Under the pieces are notes generated by a model, which was given only the letters and a program-made list of their open reading frames with translations, made no database searches and was not told where the DNA came from. Shown here in pieces: positions 23,522 to 34,864 of a stretch of DNA of 64,000 nt. A program made the translations under genes and the position numbers. How positions within the stretch are numbered: position 1 is the stretch's first letter; every line of letters begins with the position of its first letter. Where the stretch lies: NCBI RefSeq assembly GCF_988243305.1, contig NZ_OZ547136.1; one strand, 5' to 3'.

Positions 23522-24172
23522 TTATTCTTTTTTACCTGCCTGACGGAATGTCAGGTTGTAGCGGCAGTCGGTGGTGAGTGGATGAAACCCCGCTTTCAAC
23601 GGTTGAATACCGTGATAAAACAGCCGCGATTCACCGCCCCATACCACCACATCGCCATGTTCCAACAACAAACGTTTTAGCGGATCATTTCGTTTCAGGC
23701 CGCCAAATTGAAAAATCGCGGGTAAGCCCAGAGAAACAGAAACAATCGGCGCGCGCAGATCCGGTTCGTCTTTATCCTGATGCAGCGACAGTTTCGCGCC
23801 AGGAGCGTAGCGGTTGATAAGACAAGCATCTGGCTGGAAATCTGGATAGCCCGCCGCCGTAGCCGCACGTTGACATAAATCATGAAAGCTTTGTGGCATG
23901 GCGGGCCACGGTTTATTTGTTTGCGGATCAATGGGCGAATAGAGATAACCTTGCCGATGGGTCGTCCAGCCCAGATGCCCACAGTTGGTCATCGCCACCG
24001 ACATAGTATATCCCCCGGGGGTGACCATCTGGCGAAACGGCGACTGGCTGGCAACGTCATTAATATCGCGGATCAGTTGCTCCGCAGCATTAAAAGCAAA
24101 ACGCCGTAAAATTACCGCACCAGCCGCCAGTGGCTCTTGCCACGGTTCAGCATCGGCAAACAGATCCAACAT
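23522..24172 (-). CDS. alkB: Alpha-ketoglutarate/Fe(II)-dependent DNA dealkylase AlkB
   Basis: 216-aa ORF immediately downstream of ada with a 1-nt start/stop overlap (ada-alkB operon). Confidence 0.93.
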   Translation of the reverse strand: MLDLFADAEPWQEPLAAGAVILRRFAFNAAEQLIRDINDVASQSPFRQMVTPGGYTMSVAMTNCGHLGWTTHRQGYLYSPIDPQTNKPWPAMPQSFHDLCQRAATAAGYPDFQPDACLINRYAPGAKLSLHQDKDEPDLRAPIVSVSLGLPAIFQFGGLKRNDPLKRLLLEHGDVVVWGGESRLFYHGIQPLKAGFHPLTTDCRYNLTFRQAGKKE

Positions 24173-25236
24173 TACCTCTCCTCATTCTCAGCTTCGCGGC
24201 GCAGCAGTTGCGCTTTACGCGACACGCCCCAGCGGTAACCGGAAAGTGTGCCATCACCACGGACCACCCGATGACAGGGTATTATGATAGCCAGCTTGTT
24301 GGCGGCACAGGCGCTGGCAACGGCCCGTACCGCTTTCGGTTTGCCGATGGCGTTAGCCAGTTGCTGATAACTGACGGTTTCACCGCAAGGTATCGTGCGC
24401 AGTGCCTGCCAGACTTGTTGCTGAAAAGCAGTGCCGCGAATGTCCAGCGGTAACGTCAGCGGCGTATCGCGTTGATTGAGGCTGGCGATCACTTCACGCA
24501 CATGTTGTTGAAACGTCAAATCGGCAGGCGCGTTGTCGGCAGCGGGAAACATCTGCTGCAACTCGCTGATTAATGTCGCGTCATCATCGCCCAGCAATAT
24601 CGCGCAAATCCCCCGCTCGCTTTCTGCCACCAGGCAACGGCCCAGCTCACAATCAGCCAGCGCGTAACGCACCGCCAGATTTTCGCCACCGTGACGGAAT
24701 TGTTTAGCCGTCATGCCCAGCGTTTCGTCAGCTTTGCGGTAGTAACTGTTGCTGTCGGGGAATCCGGCGTTAAGAATAGACGTCGTCACGCTCTCCCCTT
24801 TCGCCAGCGATTCACGCAAACGGCGAGCGCGCCAGGCCTGTTGCCAGGCTTTAGGCGTCATTCCGGTAGTCGCTTTAAACAACCGATGCAGTTGGAACGG
24901 GCTCATCGCCACCTGGTCGGCTAAGGTTTCCAGCGTTACAGGCGTTTCCTGTTCCAGCAGTCGACACGCGTGGGTGATTTTATCCAACCGATGTTGCTGG
25001 GCATTGGCTTTATCGGGTTGGCAGCGTTTGCAGGGGCGAAATCCGGCGGTGAGTGCCTCACTGGCATTTGCGTAGAAGGAGACGTTTTCCCGCAAAGCAT
25101 GTCTGGCGCGGCAAGACGGACGGCAAAAGATGCCTGTGGTGCGCACGGCGAAAACGAATTCGCCGTCGGCATTCGGGTCGCGGGCTAAGACAGATTGCCA
25201 GCGTTGATCGTCAGTTAAGCATGTGGCGTTTTTCAT
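24172..25236 (-). CDS. ada: Bifunctional transcriptional regulator / O6-methylguanine-DNA methyltransferase Ada
   Basis: 354-aa ORF with N-terminal Cys-rich methylphosphotriester domain, AraC-type HTH and C-terminal PCHRV active site. Confidence 0.93.
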   Translation of the reverse strand: MKNATCLTDDQRWQSVLARDPNADGEFVFAVRTTGIFCRPSCRARHALRENVSFYANASEALTAGFRPCKRCQPDKANAQQHRLDKITHACRLLEQETPVTLETLADQVAMSPFQLHRLFKATTGMTPKAWQQAWRARRLRESLAKGESVTTSILNAGFPDSNSYYRKADETLGMTAKQFRHGGENLAVRYALADCELGRCLVAESERGICAILLGDDDATLISELQQMFPAADNAPADLTFQQHVREVIASLNQRDTPLTLPLDIRGTAFQQQVWQALRTIPCGETVSYQQLANAIGKPKAVRAVASACAANKLAIIIPCHRVVRGDGTLSGYRWGVSRKAQLLRREAENEER

Positions 25237-25295
25237 AATCAGCTCCCTGGTTAAGGATAGCCTTTAGTCTGCCCGGTCACCATCGCGCAAAAACC

Positions 25296-25312
25296 AACAA
25301 TCTTGCGCTTTA
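25296..25312 (-). promoter_or_regulatory. Ada box of the ada promoter (AAATTAAAGCGCA on the minus strand)
   Basis: Minus strand reads GAAAAAAATTAAAGCGCAAGATTGTTGG, containing the Ada-box core AAAGCGCA; the box overlaps the apbE stop codon (25310-25312). Confidence 0.65.
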
Positions 25313-26365
25313 ATTTTTTTCGCTGATAAGGAAGCTTTTAAACTGTGGCGACATCCAGGTTTTAAAACTATCGTCTTCTTTGGTGATCATATAAACCGCC
25401 AGCCCTTCCCGACGAACAACCTCTTTGGCTTTCTCCGGCCCCAGTACCATCAAGCCAGTATCCCAGGCATCGGCTTCCAGCGCCGTCGGAGCAATCACCG
25501 TCACGGATACCAGATTGTGTTCGATGGGACGCCCGGTTTGCGGATCGATAACATGAGAAAGACGTTTGCCGTCCAGTTCGTAATAGTTACGGTAGCTGCC
25601 AGAGGTACTAATCCCATGACCGTTGATATCCACCACGGCCTGAACCGCGTTTTCTTTATCGGTTGGTTTTTGAATCGCTACCCGCCACGGCTGGCCTGCA
25701 CCGTTCATACCACGGCTGTTCAGCGCGCCGCCCACCGACACCAGATAGCGGGAAATCCCTTCCTGCTCCATCAAGCGTGCCAGGTGATCCGCCGCATAAC
25801 CTTCACCGACGGTAGAGAGATCGACATATAAATCCGGCAGGTCTTTTTGCAGATATTGCTGGTGGGACTGATTAATCACCGTCAGGTGCTGTAAGCCGGT
25901 TTTGGCTTTCATCGCATCGATCTGTTCCTGGCTCGGAATTTGAACCGGCTGTTGTTCCGGGCCAAAGCCCCACAGATTCACCAGCGGCCCGACGGTTATA
26001 TCCATCGCACCATCGGTCTTCGCGCCAATGCGTAGCGAGGTGGTGACGATATCGGCCATCGCTTCACTTACTGGCCACGGCGACAAACTTTGCGAGTCGT
26101 TAAAGCGCATCAGCGCGGAATCTTTTTTATAGGTCGAAAGCAGCTGATCGTCGGCGTCCAGCTGGGTCTGAATCTTTTCTTTAAGTTCGGCACTGCGTTT
26201 GGCGTCAATGCCCGGGATGCTGGCACGCCAGAAGGTACCCATGGTTTTGCCTTCAAGAACGGTAACTTCAGTAGCGTGGGTTTTGGCGGGTTGTGGTTTT
26301 TGATCGCAACCAACAAAGAAGAGCGCGGCAGCCAGCAGTGCCACGCGGGTAAAGCTTATTTCCAT
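25310..26365 (-). CDS. apbE: FAD:protein FMN transferase ApbE/Ftp (lipoprotein)
   Basis: 351-aa ORF with lipoprotein signal (LFFVGC). Confidence 0.9.
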   Translation of the reverse strand: MEISFTRVALLAAALFFVGCDQKPQPAKTHATEVTVLEGKTMGTFWRASIPGIDAKRSAELKEKIQTQLDADDQLLSTYKKDSALMRFNDSQSLSPWPVSEAMADIVTTSLRIGAKTDGAMDITVGPLVNLWGFGPEQQPVQIPSQEQIDAMKAKTGLQHLTVINQSHQQYLQKDLPDLYVDLSTVGEGYAADHLARLMEQEGISRYLVSVGGALNSRGMNGAGQPWRVAIQKPTDKENAVQAVVDINGHGISTSGSYRNYYELDGKRLSHVIDPQTGRPIEHNLVSVTVIAPTALEADAWDTGLMVLGPEKAKEVVRREGLAVYMITKEDDSFKTWMSPQFKSFLISEKN

Positions 26366-26433
26366 ACGTGATTATCCTCATGCGAACGGTCGCAAGAGTA
26401 CACCAAAAAACTGAGTTTGTACGCTGAAAACAA

Positions 26434-26458
26434 TGAAAAAAGGGCCCGCAGGCCCTTT
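26434..26458 (-). terminator. Rho-independent terminator of ompC
   Basis: Stem AGGGCC/GGCCCT with 4-nt loop; on the minus strand it is followed by TTTTTTCATTG. Confidence 0.8.
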
Positions 26459-26476
26459 GTTCGATATCAATCGAGA

Positions 26477-27619
<1,143 letters not shown>

Positions 27620-27719
27620 TTATATGCCTTTATTTGCTTTTTTATGCCACTGCATACTGATTAACCCTCATTAATCAGTCGGCAAGTCCATTCTCCCCAA
27701 AAATGCAGAATAATCCAAC

Positions 27720-27790
27720 ACGAATATGATACTAAAACTTTTAAGATGTTTCATTTATCGCTATAGATGTTTCAAAATGTAAATGCAAGG
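27720..27790 (-). promoter_or_regulatory. OmpR-binding region of the ompC promoter (C1-like site TTTACATTTTGAAACATCTATAG on the minus strand)
   Basis: Minus-strand sequence of 27761-27786 is GCATTTACATTTTGAAACATCTATAG; a second similar motif (..AAATGAAACATCTTAA) is adjacent. Confidence 0.7.
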
Positions 27791-27938
27791 GAACTTTTTA
27801 AGATTATTGTGGAATGGCGAAATAAGCACCTAACATCAAGCAATAATAATTCAAGGTTAAAATCAATAACTTATTCTTAAGTATTTGACAGCACTGAATG
27901 TCAAAACAAAACCTTCACTCGCAACTAGAATAACTCCC

Positions 27939-28031
27939 GCTATCATCATTAACTTTATTTATTACCGTCATTCATTTCTGAATGTCTGTTTACCCCTATT
28001 TCAACCGGATGCCTCGCATCCGGTTTTTTTT
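27939..28031 (+). ncRNA. micF: MicF antisense small RNA (regulator of ompF), divergent from ompC
   Basis: GCTATCATCATTAACTTTATTTATTACCGTCATTCATTTCTGAATGTCTGTTTACCCC... ending in hairpin CCGGATGCCTCGCATCCGG plus T8; recognised as micF. Putative -10 TAGAAT at 27926-27931. Confidence 0.88.
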
Positions 28032-28342
28032 ACCCTTCTTTACACACTTTTCATTATTCTGTGCTACCACAGAAAAACTATAACGCTTGTTAACTATTTC
28101 ACAAATAATTAACATCAGCATAATTTCCAGCAATCTTCGTTTATTTGCAATTAATTTCTTTGGGCTTTTTGTAGGTTATTTGTACAGCAAAATGGCGCTT
28201 GTACATCTATTTCCCCCAATGCAGGATGATAAATATCACGGGAGAATAGAGAATCATCAATCAGGTAAGAGTCTGGAATTTCACACTGTACCCTTTATAC
28301 TGCCCTATCACTTCGCGAAGTTTTAACAGGTCATAAACACGA

Positions 28343-31015
28343 ATGCGTCAGAAAGAGACAACGGCCACGACCCGCTTTTCACTCCTACCGGGGAGCATTA
28401 CCCGCTTCTTTTTACTGTTGATCATTGTGTTACTGGTGACGATGGGGGTAATGGTACAAAGCGCCGTTAACGCCTGGCTGAAAGATAAAAGTTACCAGAT
28501 TGTCGACATTACCCACGCTATCCAAAAGCGCGTCGATACCTGGCGTTACGTGACCTGGCAGATCTACGACAACATTGCCGCGACGACCTCCCCCTCCTCC
28601 GGCGAAGGTTTACAAGAGACGCGCCTGAAACAGGATGTCTACTATCTGGAAAAACCACGCCGCAAAACGGAAGCGTTAATCTTTGGCTCTCACGACAACT
28701 CAACGCTTGAGATGACTCAACGGATGTCCACCTATCTGGACACATTGTGGGGCGCAGAAAATGTACCGTGGTCGATGTATTACCTGAATGGTCAGGATAA
28801 CAGTCTGGTGCTGATCTCAACCCTGCCCCTCAAAGATCTCACCTCCGGATTTAAAGAATCGACCGTCAGCGACATTGTTGATTCACGTCGTGCAGAGATG
28901 TTGCAACAGGCCAACGCCCTCGATGAACGCGAAAGCTTTTCTAACATGCGCCGCCTGGCCTGGCAGAACGGTCATTACTTTACCTTGCGTACCACCTTTA
29001 ACCAGCCGGGACATCTGGCAACGGTTGTGGCTTTTGATCTGCCGATTAATGATTTGATCCCACCGGGTATGCCGCTGGACAGTTTCCGCCTTGAGCCAGA
29101 CGCGACGGCAACGGGAAACAATGATAATGAGAAAGAAGGGACGGATAGCGTCAGTATCCACTTTAACAGTACGAAGATTGAAATCTCCTCGGCACTCAAC
29201 TCTACCGATATGCGCCTGGTCTGGCAGGTTCCTTATGGCACCTTATTGCTGGATACGTTGCAAAACATTCTGCTGCCACTGCTGCTGAATATCGGTTTGC
29301 TGGCGCTGGCGTTATTTGGCTATACCACATTCCGCCATTTCTCCAGCCGCAGTACAGAAAACGTCCCCAGCTCGGCGGTCAATAATGAATTGCGCATTTT
29401 ACGGGCAATCAATGAAGAGATAGTCTCACTGCTGCCGCTTGGCCTGCTGGTTCACGATCAGGAATCGAACCGCACTGTCATAAGTAACAAAATTGCCGAT
29501 CATTTGCTGCCGCATTTGAATCTGCAAAACATCACCACCATGGCGGAACAGCATCAGGGGATTATTCAGGCGACGATCAATAACGAGCTGTATGAGATCC
29601 GCATGTTCCGCAGCCAGGTCGCGCCGCGCACACAAATTTTCATTATTCGCGATCAGGATCGCGAAGTGCTGGTAAACAAGAAACTCAAGCAGGCGCAGCG
29701 TCTGTATGAGAAAAACCAGCAGGGGCGGATGACCTTTATGAAAAACATTGGCGATGCGCTGAAAGAACCTGCACAGTCCCTGGCGGAGAGCGCGGCTAAA
29801 CTCAACGCCCCGGAAAGCAAACAACTGGCGAATCAGGCAGATGTGCTGGTGCGGCTGGTCGATGAAATACAGTTAGCGAACATGCTTGCGGACGATAGCT
29901 GGAAAAGTGAGACGGTGCTGTTCTCTGTGCAGGATTTAATTGATGAAGTTGTGCCTTCAGTGTTGCCTGCCATCAAGCGTAAAGGTCTGCAACTGCTGAT
30001 TAACAATCATCTGAAAGCACACGATATGCGCCGCGGCGATCGCGATGCCTTACGACGTATTTTGCTGCTACTGATGCAATATGCCGTGACCTCAACGCAA
30101 TTGGGAAAAATCACCCTTGAGGTTGATCAGGATGAGTCCTCCGAAGACCGCCTGACGTTCCGCATTCTGGACACCGGAGAAGGCGTAAGCATTCATGAAA
30201 TGGATAATTTGCACTTCCCGTTTATCAACCAGACCCAAAACGATCGCTATGGCAAGGCGGACCCGCTGGCATTCTGGCTGAGCGATCAACTGGCGCGTAA
30301 ACTGGGCGGTCATTTAAACATCAAAACGCGGGATGGGCTTGGTACACGCTACTCTGTGCATATCAAAATGCTCGCAGCTGACCCGGAAGTTGAAGAGGAA
30401 GAAGAGCGTTTACTGGATGATGTCTGCGTAATGGTGGATGTTACTTCGGCAGAAATTCGGAATATTGTCACTCGCCAGTTAGAAAATTGGGGTGCAACCT
30501 GTATCACACCCGATGAAAGATTAATTAGTCAAGATTATGATATCTTTTTAACGGATAATCCGTCTAATCTTACTGCCTCTGGCTTGCTTTTAAGCGATGA
30601 TGAGTCTGGCGTACGGGAAATTGGGCCTGGTCAATTGTGCGTCAACTTCAATATGAGCAACGCTATGCAGGAAGCGGTCTTACAATTAATTGAAGTGCAA
30701 CTGGCGCAGGAAGAGGTGACAGAATCGCCTCTGGGCGGAGATGAAAATGCGCAACTCCATGCCAGCGGCTATTATGCGCTCTTTGTAGACACAGTACCGG
30801 ATGATGTTAAGAGGCTGTATACTGAAGCAGCAACCAGTGACTTTGCTGCGTTAGCCCAAACGGCTCATCGTCTTAAAGGCGTATTTGCCATGCTAAATCT
30901 GGTACCCGGCAAGCAGTTATGTGAAACGCTGGAACATCTGATTCGTGAGAAGGATGTTCCAGGAATAGAAAAATACATCAGCGACATTGACAGTTATGTC
31001 AAGAGCTTGCTGTAG
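28343..31015 (+). CDS. rcsD: Phosphotransfer intermediate protein RcsD (YojN) of the Rcs phosphorelay
   Basis: 890-aa ORF with N-terminal membrane/periplasmic domain, degenerate kinase-like domain and C-terminal HPt domain; followed by rcsB. Confidence 0.92.
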   Translation: MRQKETTATTRFSLLPGSITRFFLLLIIVLLVTMGVMVQSAVNAWLKDKSYQIVDITHAIQKRVDTWRYVTWQIYDNIAATTSPSSGEGLQETRLKQDVYYLEKPRRKTEALIFGSHDNSTLEMTQRMSTYLDTLWGAENVPWSMYYLNGQDNSLVLISTLPLKDLTSGFKESTVSDIVDSRRAEMLQQANALDERESFSNMRRLAWQNGHYFTLRTTFNQPGHLATVVAFDLPINDLIPPGMPLDSFRLEPDATATGNNDNEKEGTDSVSIHFNSTKIEISSALNSTDMRLVWQVPYGTLLLDTLQNILLPLLLNIGLLALALFGYTTFRHFSSRSTENVPSSAVNNELRILRAINEEIVSLLPLGLLVHDQESNRTVISNKIADHLLPHLNLQNITTMAEQHQGIIQATINNELYEIRMFRSQVAPRTQIFIIRDQDREVLVNKKLKQAQRLYEKNQQGRMTFMKNIGDALKEPAQSLAESAAKLNAPESKQLANQADVLVRLVDEIQLANMLADDSWKSETVLFSVQDLIDEVVPSVLPAIKRKGLQLLINNHLKAHDMRRGDRDALRRILLLLMQYAVTSTQLGKITLEVDQDESSEDRLTFRILDTGEGVSIHEMDNLHFPFINQTQNDRYGKADPLAFWLSDQLARKLGGHLNIKTRDGLGTRYSVHIKMLAADPEVEEEEERLLDDVCVMVDVTSAEIRNIVTRQLENWGATCITPDERLISQDYDIFLTDNPSNLTASGLLLSDDESGVREIGPGQLCVNFNMSNAMQEAVLQLIEVQLAQEEVTESPLGGDENAQLHASGYYALFVDTVPDDVKRLYTEAATSDFAALAQTAHRLKGVFAMLNLVPGKQLCETLEHLIREKDVPGIEKYISDIDSYVKSLL

Positions 31016-31031
31016 CAAGGTAGCCTATTAC

Positions 31032-31682
31032 ATGAACAATATGAACGTAATTATTGCCGATGACCATCCGATAGTCTTGTTCGGTATTCGCAAATCACTT
31101 GAGCAAATTGAGTGGGTGAATGTTGTCGGCGAATTTGAAGACTCTACAGCACTGATCAACAACCTGCCGAAACTGGATGCGCATGTGTTGATTACCGATC
31201 TCTCCATGCCTGGCGATAAGTACGGCGATGGCATTACCTTAATCAAGTACATCAAGCGCCATTTCCCAAGCCTGTCGATCATTGTTCTGACTATGAACAA
31301 CAACCCGGCGATTCTTAGTGCGGTATTGGATCTGGATATCGAAGGGATCGTGCTGAAACAAGGTGCACCGACCGATCTGCCGAAAGCTCTCGCCGCGCTG
31401 CAGAAAGGGAAGAAATTTACCCCGGAAAGCGTTTCTCGCCTGTTGGAAAAAATCAGTGCTGGTGGTTACGGTGACAAGCGTCTCTCGCCAAAAGAGAGTG
31501 AAGTGCTGCGCCTGTTTGCGGAAGGCTTCCTGGTGACCGAGATCGCTAAAAAGCTGAACCGCAGTATTAAAACCATCAGTAGCCAGAAGAAATCTGCGAT
31601 GATGAAGCTGGGTGTCGAGAACGATATCGCCCTGCTGAATTATCTGTCTTCTGTAACCTTAAGTCCGGCAGATAAAGACTAA
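31032..31682 (+). CDS. rcsB: Response regulator RcsB (LuxR/FixJ family)
   Basis: 216-aa product MNNMNVIIADDHPIVLFGIRKSLEQ; the ORF track extends 15 codons upstream and the start is chosen by recognition. Confidence 0.93.
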   Translation: MNNMNVIIADDHPIVLFGIRKSLEQIEWVNVVGEFEDSTALINNLPKLDAHVLITDLSMPGDKYGDGITLIKYIKRHFPSLSIIVLTMNNNPAILSAVLDLDIEGIVLKQGAPTDLPKALAALQKGKKFTPESVSRLLEKISAGGYGDKRLSPKESEVLRLFAEGFLVTEIAKKLNRSIKTISSQKKSAMMKLGVENDIALLNYLSSVTLSPADKD

Positions 31683-31684
31683 TC

Positions 31685-31848
<164 letters not shown>

Positions 31849-31859
<11 letters not shown>

Positions 31860-34698
31860 GCGATTTCCTGACCCTCTCGGCATATACCGTCAGCGTCTGT
31901 TTTATCACATCCAGCGTTACCGGCTTCGACAGGCAGCTGTCCATACCGGACTCCAGACACCGCTGCTTCTCTTCAGCCAACGCATTAGCAGTTACTCCGA
32001 TTACCGGCAACGTCAGTCCCAACTGACGAATGCGTTGCGTCAAGCGGTAACCATCCATATTTGGCATGTTGACGTCGCTAAGCACGATATCAATATGATT
32101 CTTGCTAAGTACATTAAGCGCATCGACGCCATCATTCGCGGTTTTACATTGATAGCCCAACGATCCCAACTGATCTGCCAGAAGACGCCGGTTAATCGGA
32201 TGATCATCCACGACCAGAATCATCATATCGTCGTTATCGCTGACCGCTTTGTCCGTCGACGGCAGAGCGTTAGCAGGATCATCGCTCTCCATCTCGATCA
32301 AATAAATACGCGCCAACAATGCCGGTAGCTCATGCGGGGCAGCCACACTGTGTACCCACTCCCCTGGCGCTTTCTCCAGCGGAATACCAATATGGCGACG
32401 ACAGAAGGTCACTACCGCTCTACCCTGCCATTTTTGGCTCACTACCTCGTCAGTGATTAACACATCTTCGGGAGTCGGTTCCTGCCCTTCGTATGTTGTG
32501 ACGACGATGCCGCTGCGCTGCAAACTGGTTTCCAGGAACTGACAGAGCGACGCATTGCGGACCGCCAGCCAGCAGCGTTTACCACTCAACCCTTCCACGC
32601 CTTTTTTCTGCGGGTACTGAGCGCCGTACAACGGAATACGCACGGTAAACTGGCTGCCCATTCCCGGTTCTGAATCTACCGAGATGTCGCCGTCCATCAT
32701 GCTGATCAGTTTTTCACAAATCGCCAGCCCCAGACCGGTCCCCTGGAAGTTACGCTGTACGCCCGTTCCGACCTGGAAGAAGGGATCAAACAAGCGCACC
32801 ACTTCTTTCGCTGGAATACCCACGCCGGTATCGCGAACGCGGATAGAGAGATAATCGCCATCAGCGCGAACATGCAGAACTATACAGCCGGTATCGGTGA
32901 ATTTTATGGCATTACTCAACAGGTTGGAGATGACCTGCTGTAAACGCATTGGGTCGCCATTTAAGGCCACTGGCACATCCGGTTCAATAAAGCAGTACAA
33001 GCCTAGCTGCTTGCGTACCACCAGCGGCAAATAGTTGGCGGTGATGTGGTTCATCACTTCACGCGGTGAAAACTCACGCGGTTCGATCTTCAACTGTTCC
33101 GATTCAATCTTCGAGAAATCGAGAATATCGCTGATAATTTTCAACAACAGGCTGGAAGAGTTGTTCATTGCCGTCACCAGACGATCGACGCCTTTCGGTA
33201 ACTCTTTGGTTTGCAACAGATCCAGGTTACCGATAATGCCATACAGCGGCGTTCGCAGCTCATGACTGACGGTGGCAAGGAACATCGATTTTGACTGGCT
33301 CGCCTGTTCCGCTGCTTGTGCCATCTCCTGCAACGACTCTTCCATCTTCACGCGCGAAGAAACATCCACCAGCACACAAATGGCCACGTTTTCATTACGA
33401 TAGCGCGAATGGACGAAGCTGATTTGCAGATTGGTATTGTTGCTGGTCAGGACATCAACAAAATTGACCTGCTGCCCACAGATAATTTGCGTCAGTCGTT
33501 GGCGATCCTCATGCGTAAGCATATTGAGATAGGTATGCGCCAGTTCGTTACTTAAAATATTGACGCCATCAGCGGTACGTAAAATGCAGATACCTACTGG
33601 CGCGGAGGCGACAATCTTGCGATTAAACTGCTCATGTTCTTCCAGCCGCAGGGCATCGCTTTCCGCCGGAATGAAAATACGTCGCTCGTACATCCGCGCG
33701 AGAGTAAACAATGCAGCTCCGGCAAGCACATTCAGCAAAATTGCGTTAAGGATCAACATGCGAATGCGTTCCAGCACCTTATCAACTGGCACCGAATAAA
33801 CGATGCTTAGCGATGAGGGTGGCAGATTTTTCTTCAGCACCAGCTCCCGGAACCCTTCCGTATAGCCAAACCAGGAGCGTTCCTGCATCCAGCGAGGATC
33901 GCCCTTAATTTTGCTTTCTGGTCCGGTAAGCGAAATCAGGGTATGACCATTTTCATCAAGAATGGTAACCCCCATCGGCAACGTACCAGGTAAGAAAAAG
34001 TTCTCCATCCGGATAGTCTGCTCGACACCCAAAAGCGCCTGCAACCGGTTCGCCAGATAAACTGGCGTCAACGCGTAAAAATACCCGACGCCAGGGCGCG
34101 GACCTTCGCTAATCCAGTAGAGGTTACTGCCGCTATCATCTTGTGGTGCATTTCGATATTTATTGATGCGTTCATGCAACGCTTTCAACGCGGTATCGCG
34201 TTCCACTGGCATATCACGCAGACCGAAATTGGCCATGCAGAGGTTATCGCTGCCGATTAAAAATACCCGGTTGAGATCGTAAGCCGCAGAAAAATTATCG
34301 CGCCAGTAGCGCATAAACCACGCCAATGACTCCAGAGAACCTCGCCAGGTGTTACTCATTGCGGAACAATCGGAGTCGGCAAACAGCGGTTCAAACGCAG
34401 GCACATCCGCCTGCGTTTCTCGACCACGCGGGGAAAGCACACCGTTTTCTGCCGATAAGCGATTTTCGGCGATGTACTTCAGCTCTTTCATCACATCAGA
34501 GGTGCGTTGAATAAAGCGCTGAGCCTGATCGGAACTCAGATTAAATTCCTGACGAATTTCCGATTCTCGCTGATGTAACGCATTCACGATGTAAAAAACG
34601 GATGAAAAAGCAATCAACAGCCAGAGCACTAACGCCAATGCTCTGAACATGTAGCGCGAGGCTTTCAGGGTTGTACGAAAAGAAGCAAGGTATTTCAA
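31849..34698 (-). CDS. rcsC: Hybrid sensor histidine kinase RcsC
   Basis: 949-aa ORF with N-terminal transmembrane/periplasmic region, HisKA/HATPase domains and C-terminal receiver domain. Confidence 0.93.
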
Positions 34699-34864
34699 AG
34701 GGGCGAAGCTCCGCCTCAGGTGACCGATGGAGTGTGGTTAAGGTAGCGGTAAAAGTGTGTTACCGCAATGTTCTCTCTTCTCTGGAATATGATACACCGC
34801 CGAGAAATCATCACCTTAACCTCTGATAATCGTCATATACCGGACAAGACTAGTGGATTTCAGC

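Noticed and set aside
27885-28326. Two small ORFs (75 and 79 aa) in the AT-rich ompC-rcsD spacer
   Set aside because: The first overlaps micF, a known non-coding RNA; both have AT-rich Ile/Phe/Asn-biased translations typical of random frames in promoter DNA (micF and rcsD promoters).
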